Below, piece after piece: positions 23,471 through 37,749 of a stretch of DNA of 64,000 nucleotides (positions within the stretch are counted from its first letter, which is position 1; each line of letters begins with the position of its first letter). The notes under the pieces were generated by a model, which ran no database searches, was not told the DNA's origin, and saw only the letters and a list, made by a program, of their open reading frames with translations. The DNA is from Hemiscyllium ocellatum (Eukaryota). The stretch is taken from assembly GCF_020745735.1 (NCBI RefSeq), contig NC_083435.1, forward strand, positions 19,281,231 to 19,345,230, given 5' to 3'. The translations under genes were made by a program, and so were the position numbers.

Positions 23471-25739
23471 GTGAGGGTAAAACTGAAACAAAGAACTGGG
23501 GAAGCTGGAGATCTGAAACAAAAAAACACCCCACAAAAGTTCTGGAGGAACTCAGCAAATTTGGCAGCATAGGTGGGGGAAGAGAGAGAGAGAATCAAAG
23601 ATAAAGTTTCGAGTCAAGTCACCTTCCGTCACTGTTAATGTGGGAGTCACGCAGAAAGTAATTTAACATGCATCACGGCCAAAACATTCACAGGACCCTG
23701 CAGCATAATGACTTCAAGTGTAATAGCGAATCACTTATTTCCAATCTCATTCGGTGAGATCATGACACAATGTGATTGTTTATTTGATGTTTTATTTAGG
23801 AGCGATAGACATGTGAATGGAAGCTGAAACTTCGACAAATCATGTTCAATTTCTACCCCAGCGTTAAAGTTGGGAGTGAGACCACCACTAAATAATTTAG
23901 GAATTGCACAGTGAACGAGATTTGAAACTTGCTGCTACATGAACTGTTCGTGTATTTTAAGGGAAGGCGGGGGAGGGCTTGATGCTCACACAAACCATCG
24001 CCCCTTTTACCTTTCCCTCATTTTTAGTAAAACCAACTGGATTTGCAAGTGAAATGCCCAGTAAATGCCTCTCAGAAAATTAAATAATGAAGTAATCTGA
24101 TCACACTCTGTGTAATGTTGGGCATCACCAAAACACTGCTTTCAGTTTCATAACTTGTATCATTCAGCTAGCTTTACTCCCTGTTAGGCAATTATTTGAA
24201 TACTCTTCCTAGGTTTCATACCCCCCATGTTGTCCATCACTCCATGTTTCTGTCATCTCCTTCCTTCCTTCAAGACACTTGCTATTCTCAACTCTAGCTT
24301 CTTGAGCACTGTTGAGTATAATCACTTCATCATTGGCAGTTATGCCTTTAATCTAACTTCAGAATTCCTCCCCCTGAAATAGCTCTGCTTCTCTTAGCAC
24401 CTCTAATTAGGTTCTATATATGGCTGGGTGTTAAAGTTTGTTTGAGTGCTATTCTTCTGAAATGATTTGGAGATGCCGGTGTTGGACTGGGGTGTACAAA
24501 GTTAAAAATCACACAACAACCAACAGGTTTATTTGGAATGCTTTGAACTATTTTGCTTAGCTGAAACTCCTACTTAAATACAAGTTGCTGTTAATGTCTG
24601 CCAAACCAAGCCACTCAACAATTTCAGTCATGGAGTCTTAATTCTTCAGAGTGAACTGTTGAAAGAATTAAAATTTCCAAACTTTACAGTTTCAATTTTG
24701 TTCTCACTTTTCCTTTTCTCATATGATCCAATTAATCTCTTATTTCTATTTCTTTACCTGTTTTGACACCAACTCTTCCCTCTTCTTTCTCTAAACAAAA
24801 TTCTTAAATCTTGTGGATTCATGCTTTTATAATACAATCTAGCTCAAAGGCTGTGAATAGTTTGATCAATTACCTTCTGAACATCCATAATTAGAATTAA
24901 GGTTTTTGTTTAATACCTTATATTTGTTTGCATTTTGTTATTTTTGTACAATTGCTGGTCCCACTTAATTGTCCCATTATCTTCACTGCACATACTTCCA
25001 AATTTTACAAAAGACTTTTCACTGAAGAATGTGGGATGCCTGTTATTTGATATCATTGTGTCTATAAATAACCACTGGAAAGCGTAGTGTTCTTTTTTTA
25101 AAGAGAGGTTTATTTTTATAATGGAACTTGGTGACTCATACGTAGAGAAAATAAAGATCAAAAATAGATCAAGCAAGATTTGAACCTCTGCATTAACACA
25201 GTAACCGAATGTAACATAAGATGTCTTAGCACAATCAGTTGGTAACAAATGGAAATAATTTTATCTTTTGGGTGATGGCATAAAATGCACAGAGGAAATT
25301 AAGCTCCTATCATACACCACACAAGTTTCTTTTTCATTGAAGTCAAAACAAGAAAAAAAATTGAGTATCATAGCCATTCAACTCAATATTGCCCATCTTA
25401 CATTATTTTTCCAATGTTACGATCACCCCTAAACACTTTAAAAGGTTTTCTTCGATGGCTGGTTCTGATGAACTCCTAGCTTTTCAAAGTTTGAAGTCAG
25501 GATTTCGGATCATTCAAAAAAAGCTGACATTTATAGATCATTCATAAGACACTCCCAAGAGCATTAGGACTGGAGTCACGTTTAGGTCTGAGCATGTGAG
25601 AACAGCATGTTTCATTCTTAAAAGATTAACTTAGAGGAGTTTCATTTCCTATTTCATAGGTTATTTTATTACCTGGTTACTCTGGGTGTTTTTTTAAATT
25701 CATATGATGCAGGTGTCATGAGTTAGGCTAGTATTTATT

Positions 25740-26030
25740 ACCCCTGTCTAATTATTCAAAGGTAATTAAATCAACCACATTGCAGTGGGACAGGAGTCAG
25801 ATATAGGGCAGAACTGTTCTACCCTAATGGATATTAATGAATCAAATGGGTTATCCCCAGCAATTGGTGATGATTTCATTGGTCATCATTAGACTCTTAA
25901 TTCCAGGTGTTTATCTAATTCAAATTCCACCACCTGCCATAGGAGGATACAAACCTCGATCTCCGAACATTATTTGAATCTTTGGATTAATAGGTCAAGT
26001 GATAAAATCACTTGGCCACCACCTCCTTTC
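25740..26030 (-). mobile_element. Second tRNA-derived SINE family (possibly SacSINE1/DeuSINE-like), degenerate
   Basis: A-box-like TGGCCAAGTGA and B-box-like GGTTTGTATCC, followed by GGTGGAATTTGAATT core; related remnants near 26700-26830 and 43780-44140. Confidence 0.5.
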
Positions 26031-27194
26031 TTAGAGCAGGCTCCATTATTTTTTTAAAAGAATGTTATACCATTAGACATGTCAATTACTGGAAAGGTTT
26101 ATCTTACTCATTCTTTGAATCCTTATCTGCCCTCAATTGTTATCTGAAACTGCCAAACCAACCCATGTCAGCACGAGCCTAGTGTCACATAGGCCATCTT
26201 GAAGAAAGGCAATTAGTGTGCTGGTTGTTTTTTAAAAATTTGTTTATGAGCTGTGGGTACTTGTTGTTCATGAGCGTGTCTCTTCTGTATTCGTGGCTAA
26301 CCCTGCACCATTTATTACCAGAGTGTGAAGTGTAAGAAGAGTTGCTTACAGCAAATCTACTCAAACAGGTGCCAGGTGTGGTCACCTCTTACACCAGTGG
26401 CCAAGACAACTATCATTGACTGTCTTGCTTGCTCAGTCTGACTCCAGAACCACAGAAATGTGGTTGATTCTTAACTAGCCTCTGTAATGGCCAGGCATGT
26501 CATTATGTTCCAGAACATTGCCTTTACACCTGGTAAGAGGTAAAGGCATCTTCTCAGATATCTAAGCTATGTCTAAACTAAGTTGTGGTTGCAAGAGAGG
26601 CCTAACTATAAGACAACCAGACAAGCACTGACTTACAGCCTGTGCAGGTATTTTGGTGGCCTCATATTAACCCATTCAGGCCTTATGCACCAGTCACCAT
26701 TACAGACGTTAACTTTATCACTCCAGACTGATCTACTGAATTTAAATTCCAACAGCTATTGTGGTGAGATGTGAACCTGTGTCCTCAGGGCATTAAGCTA
26801 GTTTTTGAGATCATTAGTCCAATGCCACTACTGTCTCTCCAGGGGCAATCGCACTGACTTAATGTTTCATTGCCTGCTCCATTTTATTTTTAATTATGAG
26901 TGTTATACAGGACAGATTCAAATTAAAGCCAGCTTCTCTGGGTTACAGAAGTAAAATAAAATTATGTTTATGCACACCTTTTTAGTTACGCACATCTCAA
27001 CGAACTTTATAGCTCATTTAAGTAATTTTTGAAGCAATTAAAACATAATAAACACAACTGCCAATTTGTGCACCACAGTGCCCAACTGACGGCAGCATCA
27101 TTAATGATGACCAGAGAATCCCCTGACCTGAGGAGGGAGATTGAGCATCTGATATGAAAGAGGTCACCTCTGCATTGAAGTATCTGCATAGAAT

Positions 27195-27540
27195 TTGTTT
27201 CATTTGATGCACTTATTGTCATGTGCATCTTGTTACAAAATACAGTGAAAAGTATTGCATGGTGTCGCCACTCTCTGGCACCGTGTTAAAACACAGAGAA
27301 TGAACCAAAGCAGAGAATGTGAAGCCAGAAAAGTGAAGAAAGTGTCCAGCTTTGCAGTCCTTCTTGTTAAGTGCTCTGTCATAAGCCATGGATCTGGAGG
27401 CCAGGCATGAGACCCCTTCACTGCACTGCTGCCGCTGGAATAAAAGGCACCATTTCACCTCCACTGATACTCTCGCCAAGCGTGACAACTCCCACATGTC
27501 TAACAGTGCCATCACCTCTCTGAGCACTGTCAACAATATC
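27195..27540 (-). mobile_element. 3' tail of a LINE family (L2/Rex-like), shared with 50300-50480
   Basis: TGGCGAC...CTTTTCACTGTA...CACATGACAATA terminal motif. Confidence 0.45.
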
Positions 27541-27731
27541 AGTGTAGGACATTAGAGACATACTTGATGTGAACCATCTAAATGCTGCAGCCTTTGCTTG
27601 GAGCAGTTATATTTAATGCACTAATAACCACAGTAAGAGCCGCAGGCTGCTTCCTGTGTAGAGCCGCTTTATGCAGCCCACTCTCTAAGTGTGAAAACCC
27701 CAGTCACCTCATTTGTCTGTACTTGTCATAG

Positions 27732-27883
27732 ATCCTCGCTAAAACCCTCAGCTGGGGTATTGAACCCAATAGGAATGAACACCAACATTTCACCATTGCT
27801 AATTTTAGAGCGAGACCAAATACCTGTTGCCTCTCTCATAAATCCCACTGCAACATTTGGAATTAGAACTCAGAGTTCTGCTG
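27732..27883 (+). CDS. Candidate internal exon (phase 2-1; SSLKPSAGVLNPIGMNTNISPLLILERDQIPVASLINPTATFGIRTQSSA)
   Basis: Acceptor ATTTGTCTGTACTTGTCATAG|, donor CTG|GTTAGT, open frame, non-repeat sequence. Confidence 0.22.
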
Positions 27884-28013
27884 GTTAGTATTTATCGGTC
27901 AAACAATTATGGTGAAAGGAGCTTAATTGGTGATATATCTCATTGATTTCCACTGAAGCTTGCTGTATAGTAAATCTGTTTCATACATTATAACACCAAC
28001 TACCCTTCTGAAG

Positions 28014-28105
28014 CACCTAACAAACTGCAAAATTCACTGCGACGTCCTGATTTCCTGAGAGAAGCTTTTGCTTTCTTTTCTGAGTTTCATGACAGCGCAT
28101 GCCAA
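28014..28105 (+). CDS. Candidate internal exon (phase 1-0; PNKLQNSLRRPDFLREAFAFFSEFHDSACQ)
   Basis: Perfect donor CAA|GTAAGT; acceptor weak and uncertain; phase-compatible with 27732-27883. Confidence 0.22.
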
Positions 28106-29299
28106 GTAAGTGCTGCTGTGTCAATGGGCATTTTTCCTCTATCCTCTATCCCCATTTTACTTATCCTGAGAATCATGCTTGAAATTGCAGACGTTAACAT
28201 TATTTCCAAAGGTTGTGAAATTGCAAACACCAGCTAACAGAAGGTTTGGTCAGAATTATAAGCAGATTGCTTCAGCAAGTAATCTGCACCTCAGGGATGG
28301 ATGGGGGTTTGAACTCAGACCTCCCACCTCAGCGAAACAAGCACTACCACTGAACTATATGAGTCTCTTGGCCAGAATTCTGGGAAAGCTTTGCAAATGT
28401 GGGGTGGATCATAAACAGGCCTGACATCTGCCACTTACTGACTGCAGATCCACCTCTACAGTTACTGTAAATGCAGTGGCTCACTTGTCAATGGGCTCAC
28501 TGTAACTCCAAACTGTCTACAGAGTGAACATGCAGCCTCCTCCTGCACCCACTTTGATCTTTCCTCAGTGTTCAGGTTGAAAGGCTGGCTCAACAAGGGG
28601 CAATGGTTCGGACTGTGCCCATTGGAGGCCTCTTTCTTCCCCGATTTATTTCCCAGGCCTGCATTTCCCCATAGCTCGACTCCACGCTTCCTTCTCCAAA
28701 GCTTGACAATCTGGTCCCCAGTGAGACTTCTGACTTGGCCTCATTGCCAGCTCTCTGGCTGCTCTTCAGCACTGCAGGAACCACTGCAGCCTGGGCCAAG
28801 ACAGCTATGGATTGGCTGGGAGCTCTGTGAGCTGGAAATTCATCACTGATGGCGATCAGGTGCCGCCTTTGGCCAACGAATGGCCCGACCTCCATCAATG
28901 TCTGCAGGGTGAGCTGGTCAAGCTTTAACACTGAGGGTTGGAGCAGCAGAGCCTCTCTACCTTACTACCACCACCCCCTCCCCACACCATGCTATATCCA
29001 TCCAGTATTTCCCAGAGACTTTAAAGATGCGTTTTACACCAAAACCAGAACCCAGAACTAGCAACCAAGACAAAACCTCAAACCATTGTTCGAGACATGA
29101 CATACCAAATATGTCTCAGTCAGAACCACTAATAAATGTCAGAGCCAGATCCTCGAAACACAGGCCCTTAACTGATGTAAGAGATGGAATGTCTAATCTG
29201 GATTGCATCCAGAGCCTCTAACCTGGGTCCCAGTCCAAACATCTGACCAGTGTCCCATCCAGCACCTCTAACCAGGACCCCAGCAGAACATCTAACCTC

Positions 29300-30600
29300 T
29301 AAGAGTCATAGAGACATAGAAATGTACATAACAGAAACAAACCCTTTGGTCCAACTTGTCCATGCCGACCAAATATCCCAACCTAATCTCGTCCCATTTG
29401 CCAGCACTTGGCCCATATCCCTTTAAACATTTCAGATTCATATACCCATCCAGATGCCTTTTAAATGCTGCAATTGTACCAGCCTCCACCACTTGCTCTG
29501 GCAGCTCATTCCATACACGTACCACACTCTGTGTGGAAACGATGACCTTTAGGTCCCTCTTATATCTTTCCCCTCTCACTGTCTCTAATGTTGTAATATT
29601 TAGAATGACAAAAAAGTCTGAAATTTTTATAGCACAATGGAAGGAAAGGTGTATAAAGCTTGCTAATGGAATGCAAGTCGGTTGACCCTTTTTCTTATAC
29701 TTATTGAAATCAATAATCAGTCTCATATGCTGCATTAAAAATCTATAACATTCTTTACAGTATAGTTAGGCAAGTAACCTTCTCAAATATTACAACAGGA
29801 TCTTGATCAGACGGGCCAATGGGCTGAGAAATGGCAGAGGGAGTTTAATTTAGATAAATGTGAGATGCTGTATTTTGGGAAAATAAATCTTAGCAGGACT
29901 TATACACTTAGTGTTAAGGTCCGAGGGAATTTGCTGAATGTAGAGACCTTGGAATGCAGGTTCATAGCTCCTTGAAAAATGGAGTCACAGGTAGATAGGA
30001 TAGTGAAGAATGCTTTCCCTATTGTTCAGTGTATTGTGTACAGAAGTTGGAAGGTCATGTTGTGGCTGTACAGGACTTTGGTTAGGCCACTGTTGGAATA
30101 TTGCATACAATTCTGGTCTCATTCCTATCGGAAGGATGGTGTGAAACTTGAAAGGGTTCAGCAAAGATTTACAAGGATGTTGCCAGGGTTGGAGCTATAG
30201 GGAGAGGTTGAATAGGCTGGGGCTGTTTTCCCTGGAGCATTGGAAGTTGAGGGGTGACCTTATAGAGGTTTATAGAATCATGAGGGGCATGGATAGGCTC
30301 AGGGAGTCCACAACTAGAGGGCATAGGTTTAGGGTGAGAGGGGAAAGATATAAGGAAGATCTAAGGGGCAACTTTTTCATGCAGAGGGTGGTACGTGTAT
30401 GGAATGAGCTGCCAGAGGAAGTGGTGGAGGCTGGTACAATTACAACATTTAAGAGGCATCTGGATGGGTATATGAATAGGAAGGTTTGGTGGGACATGGA
30501 CCGGGTGCTGGCAGGTCAGACTAAATTGGGTTGGGTTATCAGGTCGGCATAGACGGGTTGGACCGAAAGGTCTGTTTCCATGCTATACATCTCTATGACA
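29300..30600. mobile_element. Two CR1 3' fragments (29300-29585 -, 29790-30600 +)
   Basis: RVWNELPE, LEYCIQFWS motifs and CR1 tails. Confidence 0.9.
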
Positions 30601-31084
30601 CTAAATATAAGTAAAATGATGCAGATGCTTGAGATCTGACATTAAAACAGAAATGTATCAATTGTGTTTTAAACCTTGTTTTTAATGGAAGCGAATGAGA
30701 CCCCACTAGGAATATTCATAATAATCATACACCCACTGTATACCACTCAACTGCCATCAAATTAGATTTGATTGAAATAATTCACATTAAAAATTATGGA
30801 TTCAAGCAAACAAGACTGTGACATAATTTTCACAAGATTAGCATTTTTTTGGGTAAGATATGCAAGTGTAAACTCAAAAGCCTCAGCTAGGTTTTCCATT
30901 TCTTTATATCTTCTCACACTTGACATTGGAAGACAATGCTTTCAAGGTGCACTTAACTGTAAGTATGTGATAATATGGACTGTGATGTTCAGGGGTTAGC
31001 GTTAAGTGTGTGCTCACAGTATGTATGTGTCTGAATTTCAACCTCTCTTCCCAACTCTAACAGTGTAGCTTTATCACTTTAGAA

Positions 31085-31620
31085 GAACAGAGTCGAAACA
31101 TGTGGTGCTGGAAAAGGACAGCCGGTCAGGCAGCATCCAACGAGCAGGAGAGTCAATGTTTCAAGCTTAAGCTCTTCAACTGCGCCTGGAAGACCATCAA
31201 TTCAGTGAAAGATGAGCTTTGGGCTGCCTGAACCTTGTTGGTTTTCCAGAGCAAGGAGTTGACCCCGACTGAGGGCTGCAGCCTGGCACATTCCATGGTC
31301 TCGGACTATGTGCTGAGGGGTGCACTGAAGCTTGGGGCAGTTGCTGCCAAGGGGCAGTGAGGAAAGACCACTGTCTGAGGGCTTCCTGCTGAAGGTAAAT
31401 GGGAGTCTGTTCAGTTATTGGACCCTCCTAGTGCCTCAAATATATGTAAGTACTAGTACTGCATGTGTAAGAGAGACTTTTGGTATTTTTGGATAGAGTC
31501 AAAGTCCAATATGTTTGTTTATTTACTTGATATGCAACTGTACAGAACTGAACTGTTTTCTGACAGCATATATACAAAGTTTTTTTTATGAATATGGTGT
31601 ATCTTTGAAATAAAAAAAAG
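31085..31620 (+). mobile_element. Family-A arm (31085-31180) fused to a Tx1-type LINE 3' end (31181-31620)
   Basis: AWKTINSVKD.LW...DYVLRGALKLGA...GKTTV* is Tx1 ORF2 C-terminus-like; A-rich end. Confidence 0.7.
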
Positions 31621-31999
31621 TTTTAGCACTTTGGAGCTGCAACATGCATCAGTATAAAGTTATTGAGTTTAAAACTCCATATTGAGGTACAACATTGACA
31701 TCCTTGTGAATCCTCCATATTTGTACTTGATAGGGCATGCGCTTCATTGTAAGGAATCTGGGGTACTGATGTGCTGTTCTATTTCTGATATTCCTCACTG
31801 ATTATCGGCTCTCATATCTGACATGGAACCCATGCTTGGAGGGCTCCTTGGGAATTTGGTGAGTGTGCCATGACAGTATTGAAGAAGACATCAATTACCA
31901 TGGTGCCTCCAAGCCCATAAACAGCAACCTCCAGAGGTGCCACACAGCCTCTCAAGGGAGCAGAAATGATTGGGACTTGACTGAACATTCTTAGTACAT

Positions 32000-34500
32000 G
32001 AGTTTTCAGATGTGCTAAAGAGTGGGGTAGAAGAAAAAATCAGGCAGTTCCTAAATTGGTTGAAGAATCAATTATAGCAACAAGAAGGCATCTATATTGA
32101 AAAGATCATTAAATGAGGCAAGTGGAAGGAACTAAAAACTGCAAGAGGTTATTTACACAGTGGGGTGTCTACCATAGGTGCTTAAACAGTCAGGGAGCAA
32201 TATAATAATTAGATATGTAATCAAAGTTTGAAGAAGTGTAAGATTAGGACATTTTAGATACCCAAATATTACTTGGGATAGTTTCCGTGTAGAAGATAGG
32301 GTGGGAACTCACCAAATTCTCAAATAAATTTCCTCCTGGAGAATGCTTTTTAGCCAGTGTGAAGAAGGATCAATAAGGGAGAGGACAACTCTGGACCATA
32401 ACATCAATCAGTTTGTGGAGCCAGAAAATATAGGCATAATCCTCGTTGAATATTTGCTTCAGTCCTTATAATGGAAAAGGACAATGTAGAGATAGACATC
32501 AAGGTGGAGGACTGTGAATTATTGGAACAAATTAACAGAGAGAGAAAGCAAGTGTGGGTGAGTTCAGCAGAGTCATAACTGGATAAATCCGCAAGCCTGG
32601 ATGAAGGGCTTTTGCCAGAAACGTCGAGTTTACTGCTCCTCGGATGCTACCTGAACCACTGTGCTTTTCCAGTACCCTTCTAATCTAAACTCTGGTTTCC
32701 AGCATCTGCAGTCATTGTTTTTACCCTGAGATTTAACCCAGACTGTTGATAAAGGGAAGGGAAGGGATATCAGACTTCCTGGCAATAATTTTTAAATCCT
32801 CTCTGTCACAGATGAGATGCCAGAGAACTGGAGGGCTGTTCTATTATTACTAACGGGAGGAAGGGATAGAGCTGGAAATTACAGACCACTCATTCTAACC
32901 TCAGTGGTGGGAACATTATTAGAAAGAACTCTAAAAGACAGAAAGTGAGGACTGCAGATGCTGGAGATCAGAGTCCAGAGTGTGGTGCTGGAAAAGCACA
33001 GCAGGTCAGGTAGCATCTGAGGAGCAGGAGAATCAATGTTTCGGGTGTAAGCCCTTCATCAGGAATTGCTCAAAATGTCAGTTCCCCTGCTCCTTGGATA
33101 CTGCCTGGCCTGCTGTACTTTTCCAGCACTGCTGTTTAGACTAAGAGACAGAATATGACTGTGTTTGGAGAGAGATGGGATAATCAGTGTGATTTGTTAA
33201 AGAAAAGCCTTGCTTGATAAATTTGATCAAATGTTTATTGTGCGGAGAAAATGAGAAATGTGGCTGGGGGTAATTCATTTATCATGATTTCGGTAGGCTT
33301 TAGCAAAGCTTTTGACAAGGTCCAGCATAGCAGAATAGTCAAGAAAGTAAGAGTCCATGGGATCTAAAGTGGTACATTGACAGACAGGGAGAAGAGGGCA
33401 ATGCTAGAGGGATGTTTCTGTGACTTGAAGTCTGTTTCTGATGGGATTCCACAGGGCACAGCTCTGGGGTTTATCCTGTTTGTGCATTGCTGACTTGGGC
33501 TGTGTTATGGGAGTATAATCAAGACGTTTGTGGGTGACAGGTAAATAAATGGTGAGGATGAGAGCCGGAAACTGCAGGTGGATATCATCAGTTTGGAAGA
33601 GCTGTCACAAAGGAGAGAGTGAGGACTGCAGATGCTGGTCAGTCTGAGTCAAAAAGTGCGGCGCTAGAAAAGCACAGCGGGTCATGCAACATCTGAGGAT
33701 CTGCGGCAAATGCAATTCAACCTGGGGAAGGCGAGCAACAAAAGGGATTGCACTATAACTGTTAAGGAACTGTAAAGCATTGAAGATCAAAGAGATTGTG
33801 GTGTGCATGTTCACAGGCTGCTGAAGATGGCAGGGCAGGTAGAAAATGGTGGATTTTCTGGGATTCTTGCTTTCATTCGTCAAGGAGCAGAAAAATTGTA
33901 TAAACTGTCCAAAACACTGGCTGCACCACAGTTGGAGTTCTGGGTACAGTTCTCATCACTGCATCATAGAAAGGGTGCGATTGCACTGCGGGGTGATTTA
34001 CCAGGATCCATCCTGGGCGGGAGGATCTGAGATATGAGGAATTATCAGGTTGAGAGGGGTTTGAGGTATGCAAGGTTATGATGGGCATAGATAGAATGGA
34101 TACGCAGCCACTTTATTCATTATTTAAGGGGTCATTAACCAGACTTGTTGAATCCCATGTTTGGATGAATGGAACAATGTCGATGTTGGGAGGATGTTTC
34201 CATTGGTAGGAGGGACTAGAGGTATCACCTTAGAGTGAAGGGAAGACCTTTTAGAACAGAGATAAAGAGAAACTTCATCAGCCAGAGTGATGAATCTGTG
34301 GGATTCATTGCCACAGAAGGCTGTGAAGGCCAGGTCATTGAGTATATTAAAGATTGAGTTAGATAGGTTCTTGAGTATCAGTGGGATTCTAGGGACAAAG
34401 TAGGAGAATCAGGTTGAGAAACTTATCAGCCATGATTAAATGGCAGAGTGAAGTTGATGGGCTGAATAGTCTAATTTCTGCGCATATGTCTATGGTCTTA
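32000..34500 (+). mobile_element. Patchwork of old CR1 fragments with three family-A insertions (32595-32725, 32944-33140, 33615-33700)
   Basis: CR1 RT motifs; 13-bp TSD CTAA(A/G)AGACAGAA at 32931-32943 / 33141-33153. Confidence 0.8.
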
Positions 34501-35200
34501 TGCTCTGTCCTCATACTTAGCAGACACTGTGGGTCTCACTGGCAGTCACCAACCTGTCCAGGAATGCAGCCAGACACATACCAGTGACAGCATGGCATTG
34601 ATAATACCTACCATGGGTGGACTCTTCCATCCTTCTATCCAGTTTGCCAGTTTCCTCTGACAAGCCTGTCTGCTGGTCCTGTGCCAGTCTGTACATCTTC
34701 ACAAACTCATTAATGAGGATCATTGTCTCCCTGGAGCTGAGCGGGTGCCTGTTCTAGAAAAATCTCTGAGTGCCAATGATCTGTGGCATCTCTTCCTCAC
34801 CCAGCCCCAGAGAGGCATCAGTGATGTCCTTGCCAGATTGTGTTCCTGGATCCAATTGAGAAATTGAGGCACATGTCTCTGAGCTGAAGGAAGGTGAGAG
34901 GTGAAAGCCTTGCTAGTGCATCATCTGAGGGTTGAGTGTCCTCCTCCTCAGGGATGGAGGTAGAAGGTACTGGCTGCTTTGCCATTTTTGTTCATTGATT
35001 CCCATTGATGCCTGTCTAAGAGGTGAGAAGTAATTAGCTGTAAGGGAGCTCATTCTGGATTAGCACTGGTGGTAATGAGAGAGGAGATCAGCATCATGGA
35101 GCTCACTCAGTCAATTCTTCATGATGTCCTGATGTCCCTACCTAAATGGCCTCCCTCTTGGTCAGCCAACTCAGTATTTTCACCACATTTGGGATGAGGA
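34500..35200 (-). mobile_element. Possible Harbinger Myb/SANT-ORF C-terminal remnant
   Basis: Low-complexity PSTS-EEE-SP-rich frameshifted frames; no diagnostic motif. Confidence 0.25.
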
Positions 35201-35429
35201 CCTATTGTCCATCACCCAGCTACTGGTCTTGGTGTGCTTGGTCCAGTTATACTGTATCTTTTCTTGCAATGACCCAAAATGGAGGACTGAGTATGATGGA
35301 AGTGGTTGAGAGCTATCGGTGTTAATGGCGAGCTAGAGTTGGTGAGCTGTTCCCAGTGAGTGAGTAGTAAATGCAGTTTACAAGAAGCATTGGCATCTTG
35401 GAGGGTGAGGTTGATGAGAGCTATTGAGT

Positions 35430-36850
35430 GGACATGCTGCAAGCAAGAGTGACAGTTACATAGAGTCATGGAGCCAAACAGCATGATTCGGTCCAACCAA
35501 TCCATGCTGATCATAATCGCAAACTAATACCACCTGCCTGCATTTGGGCCCTATGCCTCCAAACCTCTCCTAATGATGTACTTAGCTAATTGTCTTTAAA
35601 AGATTGTTACTGCGCCCGCATCCATCACTTCCTCAGGAAGTTCACTCAACAGGCAAACCACCTTATGTGTAAAAAAGTGCCCCTCTTGTATTTTGTTTTA
35701 AATCTCTCTCCTCTCACCTTAAAAGAATGCCCTCTCATCTTTAGACTCCCCATTCAAGGGAATAAGCACCTACTATTAACTCTATGTCTGCCCCCTCATG
35801 AGTTTATAAACCTCAACAAGGTCACCTCTCAACCTCCTGTGCTCAGTGTAAAAGGTCCCAGCCTAGCCAGCCTTTCTTTATAAGTCTAACCTTCCATCCT
35901 GGTAAATTTCTTCTGAATCCTTTCTAGCTTAATAATATCCTAACTAAAACTGGGAAACCAGAACTGGACACAATACTGCAGAAGAGGTCTCACCAATATC
36001 CTGTACAACCTTAACATGACTTCCCAACTCATTTACTCAAAGGACTGAGCAATGAAGACGAGTGCTAAATGCCTTTTTAACCACCTTGACTACATGTCAT
36101 GCAAACTTTAAAGAATTATGTACTTGCATCCCTAGATCCCTCTGTCCCAATGCCCAACCATTAATTGTATAAGTCCTGCCCCTGTTCATTGTTCCAAAAT
36201 GCCACACCTCACATTTATCCAGATTGAACTCCATCTGCCAGTTTTTGAGCCAATTGATTCATTTGATCAAGAGCCCTTTGTAATATGACAAAACCTTCCT
36301 CACTCTCTGCTATGACACAAATTTTGGTGACGTCCGCACACTTACTAACCATGACTTCCATATTCTCATCTTGATCATTTATATAAATGACAAACAGAAG
36401 AGGACCCAGGACCGATCCCTGTGGGACGCTGCTGGTGATAGGCTTCCACTATTACTCTCTGTCTACTGCCATTAAGCCAATTATGTATCCAATTGGCAAA
36501 CTCACCTCGAATCCCATGAGACCTAACTTTAGTAATTAGTCTACTTTGGGGAACCTTGTCGAAGGCTTTACTAAAGAATGAGTCTGCTGCTCTGCCCTCA
36601 TTAAATTGCTCAAAAACTCAAGCTTGTAAGATATGATTTTCCTCACACAAAACCATGCTCACTACCATGAATCAAGTTTTGCCTCTCTAAAAGTCAACAA
36701 ATCATATTTTTTAGAATCACCTCCAACAATTTACCCACAACTAAAGTCAGACTCACAGGTCTATGGTTTCCCAGTTTCTCTTGACAATCCTTCTTAACCA
36801 AAGGGACAACATTAGCCAGCCACCCTTCACCAGGCACTTTACCAGTAGTT
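35430..36850 (-). mobile_element. CR1 LINE fragment
   Basis: NHRPVSLTLVVGKLLE motif, RT region and 3' tail. Confidence 0.9.
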
Positions 36851-37749
36851 GTAGATGTGAGAGTTGTATGCAGCAATACGGTTAAAGTGAGAAGCAGTGG
36901 CACTGTTAGAAGTAGGTAGTACATTCACAACTTACCGTTGTGGAGCACAGAAGCTCATCAATCTTCTTTTGGCATTGCTAGATGTTCCTTAAACCCATGA
37001 AACAGCCCTTACTTAGGCTTGTGTCTCTATGAAGGCTGACTGCCTTTGGCAGCATGGCCGCCTTTGGCAGTCTGGAGGGAAGAAACACTGTCCCTCTTTA
37101 GACTAGTCCACAAACCAGCACCTCCATGTCCTTGCTGGCAAAGTGAGGAGCTAACGTTCTGGACCATTTCCTTTGGGATAATAGTGCAGGACCAGAGAGT
37201 AGGTGACAATGACTGGCTTACAGAGCTTGAAGTGCTTTGGAGCTGGGCTTTTTGTGGCCAATGGTGATTCTATCGCAGAGACCAGATGCACAATAAATCA
37301 AATGAAGAGGGGGTGATTGCGTGAGAAAAGGCAACATGATGCAAATGCTGAAAAGAAACACGGCCAAAGGTGGGGAAATTCAACCCTTTCTATTGTTTTT
37401 GGAAGCTGTTATGGGTTCACGCCACTTCCTGTTTCTACACAGGAAGTCAATCAAATGTTTCTGTCAGTGGCCTGTTTCAAGTTTCTCCGAGCCTTTTGAC
37501 CACTGTGCAGTATTTCCAAATGTACCCACCATATTGTCAAGGGCCCCAACTGTTTCACTTCACTACATAGAACATACAGCTCAGAAACAGGCCATTTTTC
37601 CAATTGGACTTTACACAAACTTCCTCCCATTTAAGTGACCTCAGTTCAGTATTTTGATTAATCTTCAGCTGCACGTTTCCTCATGTTTTATCTTGTTTCC
37701 TTTTGTAACTTTACTTTATTTATCTCAACGGGTTCTTATTGTGCAGAGC

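Noticed and set aside
28040-28105. EF-hand (LREAFAFF)
   Set aside because: No D-x-D-x-D-G loop follows the helix
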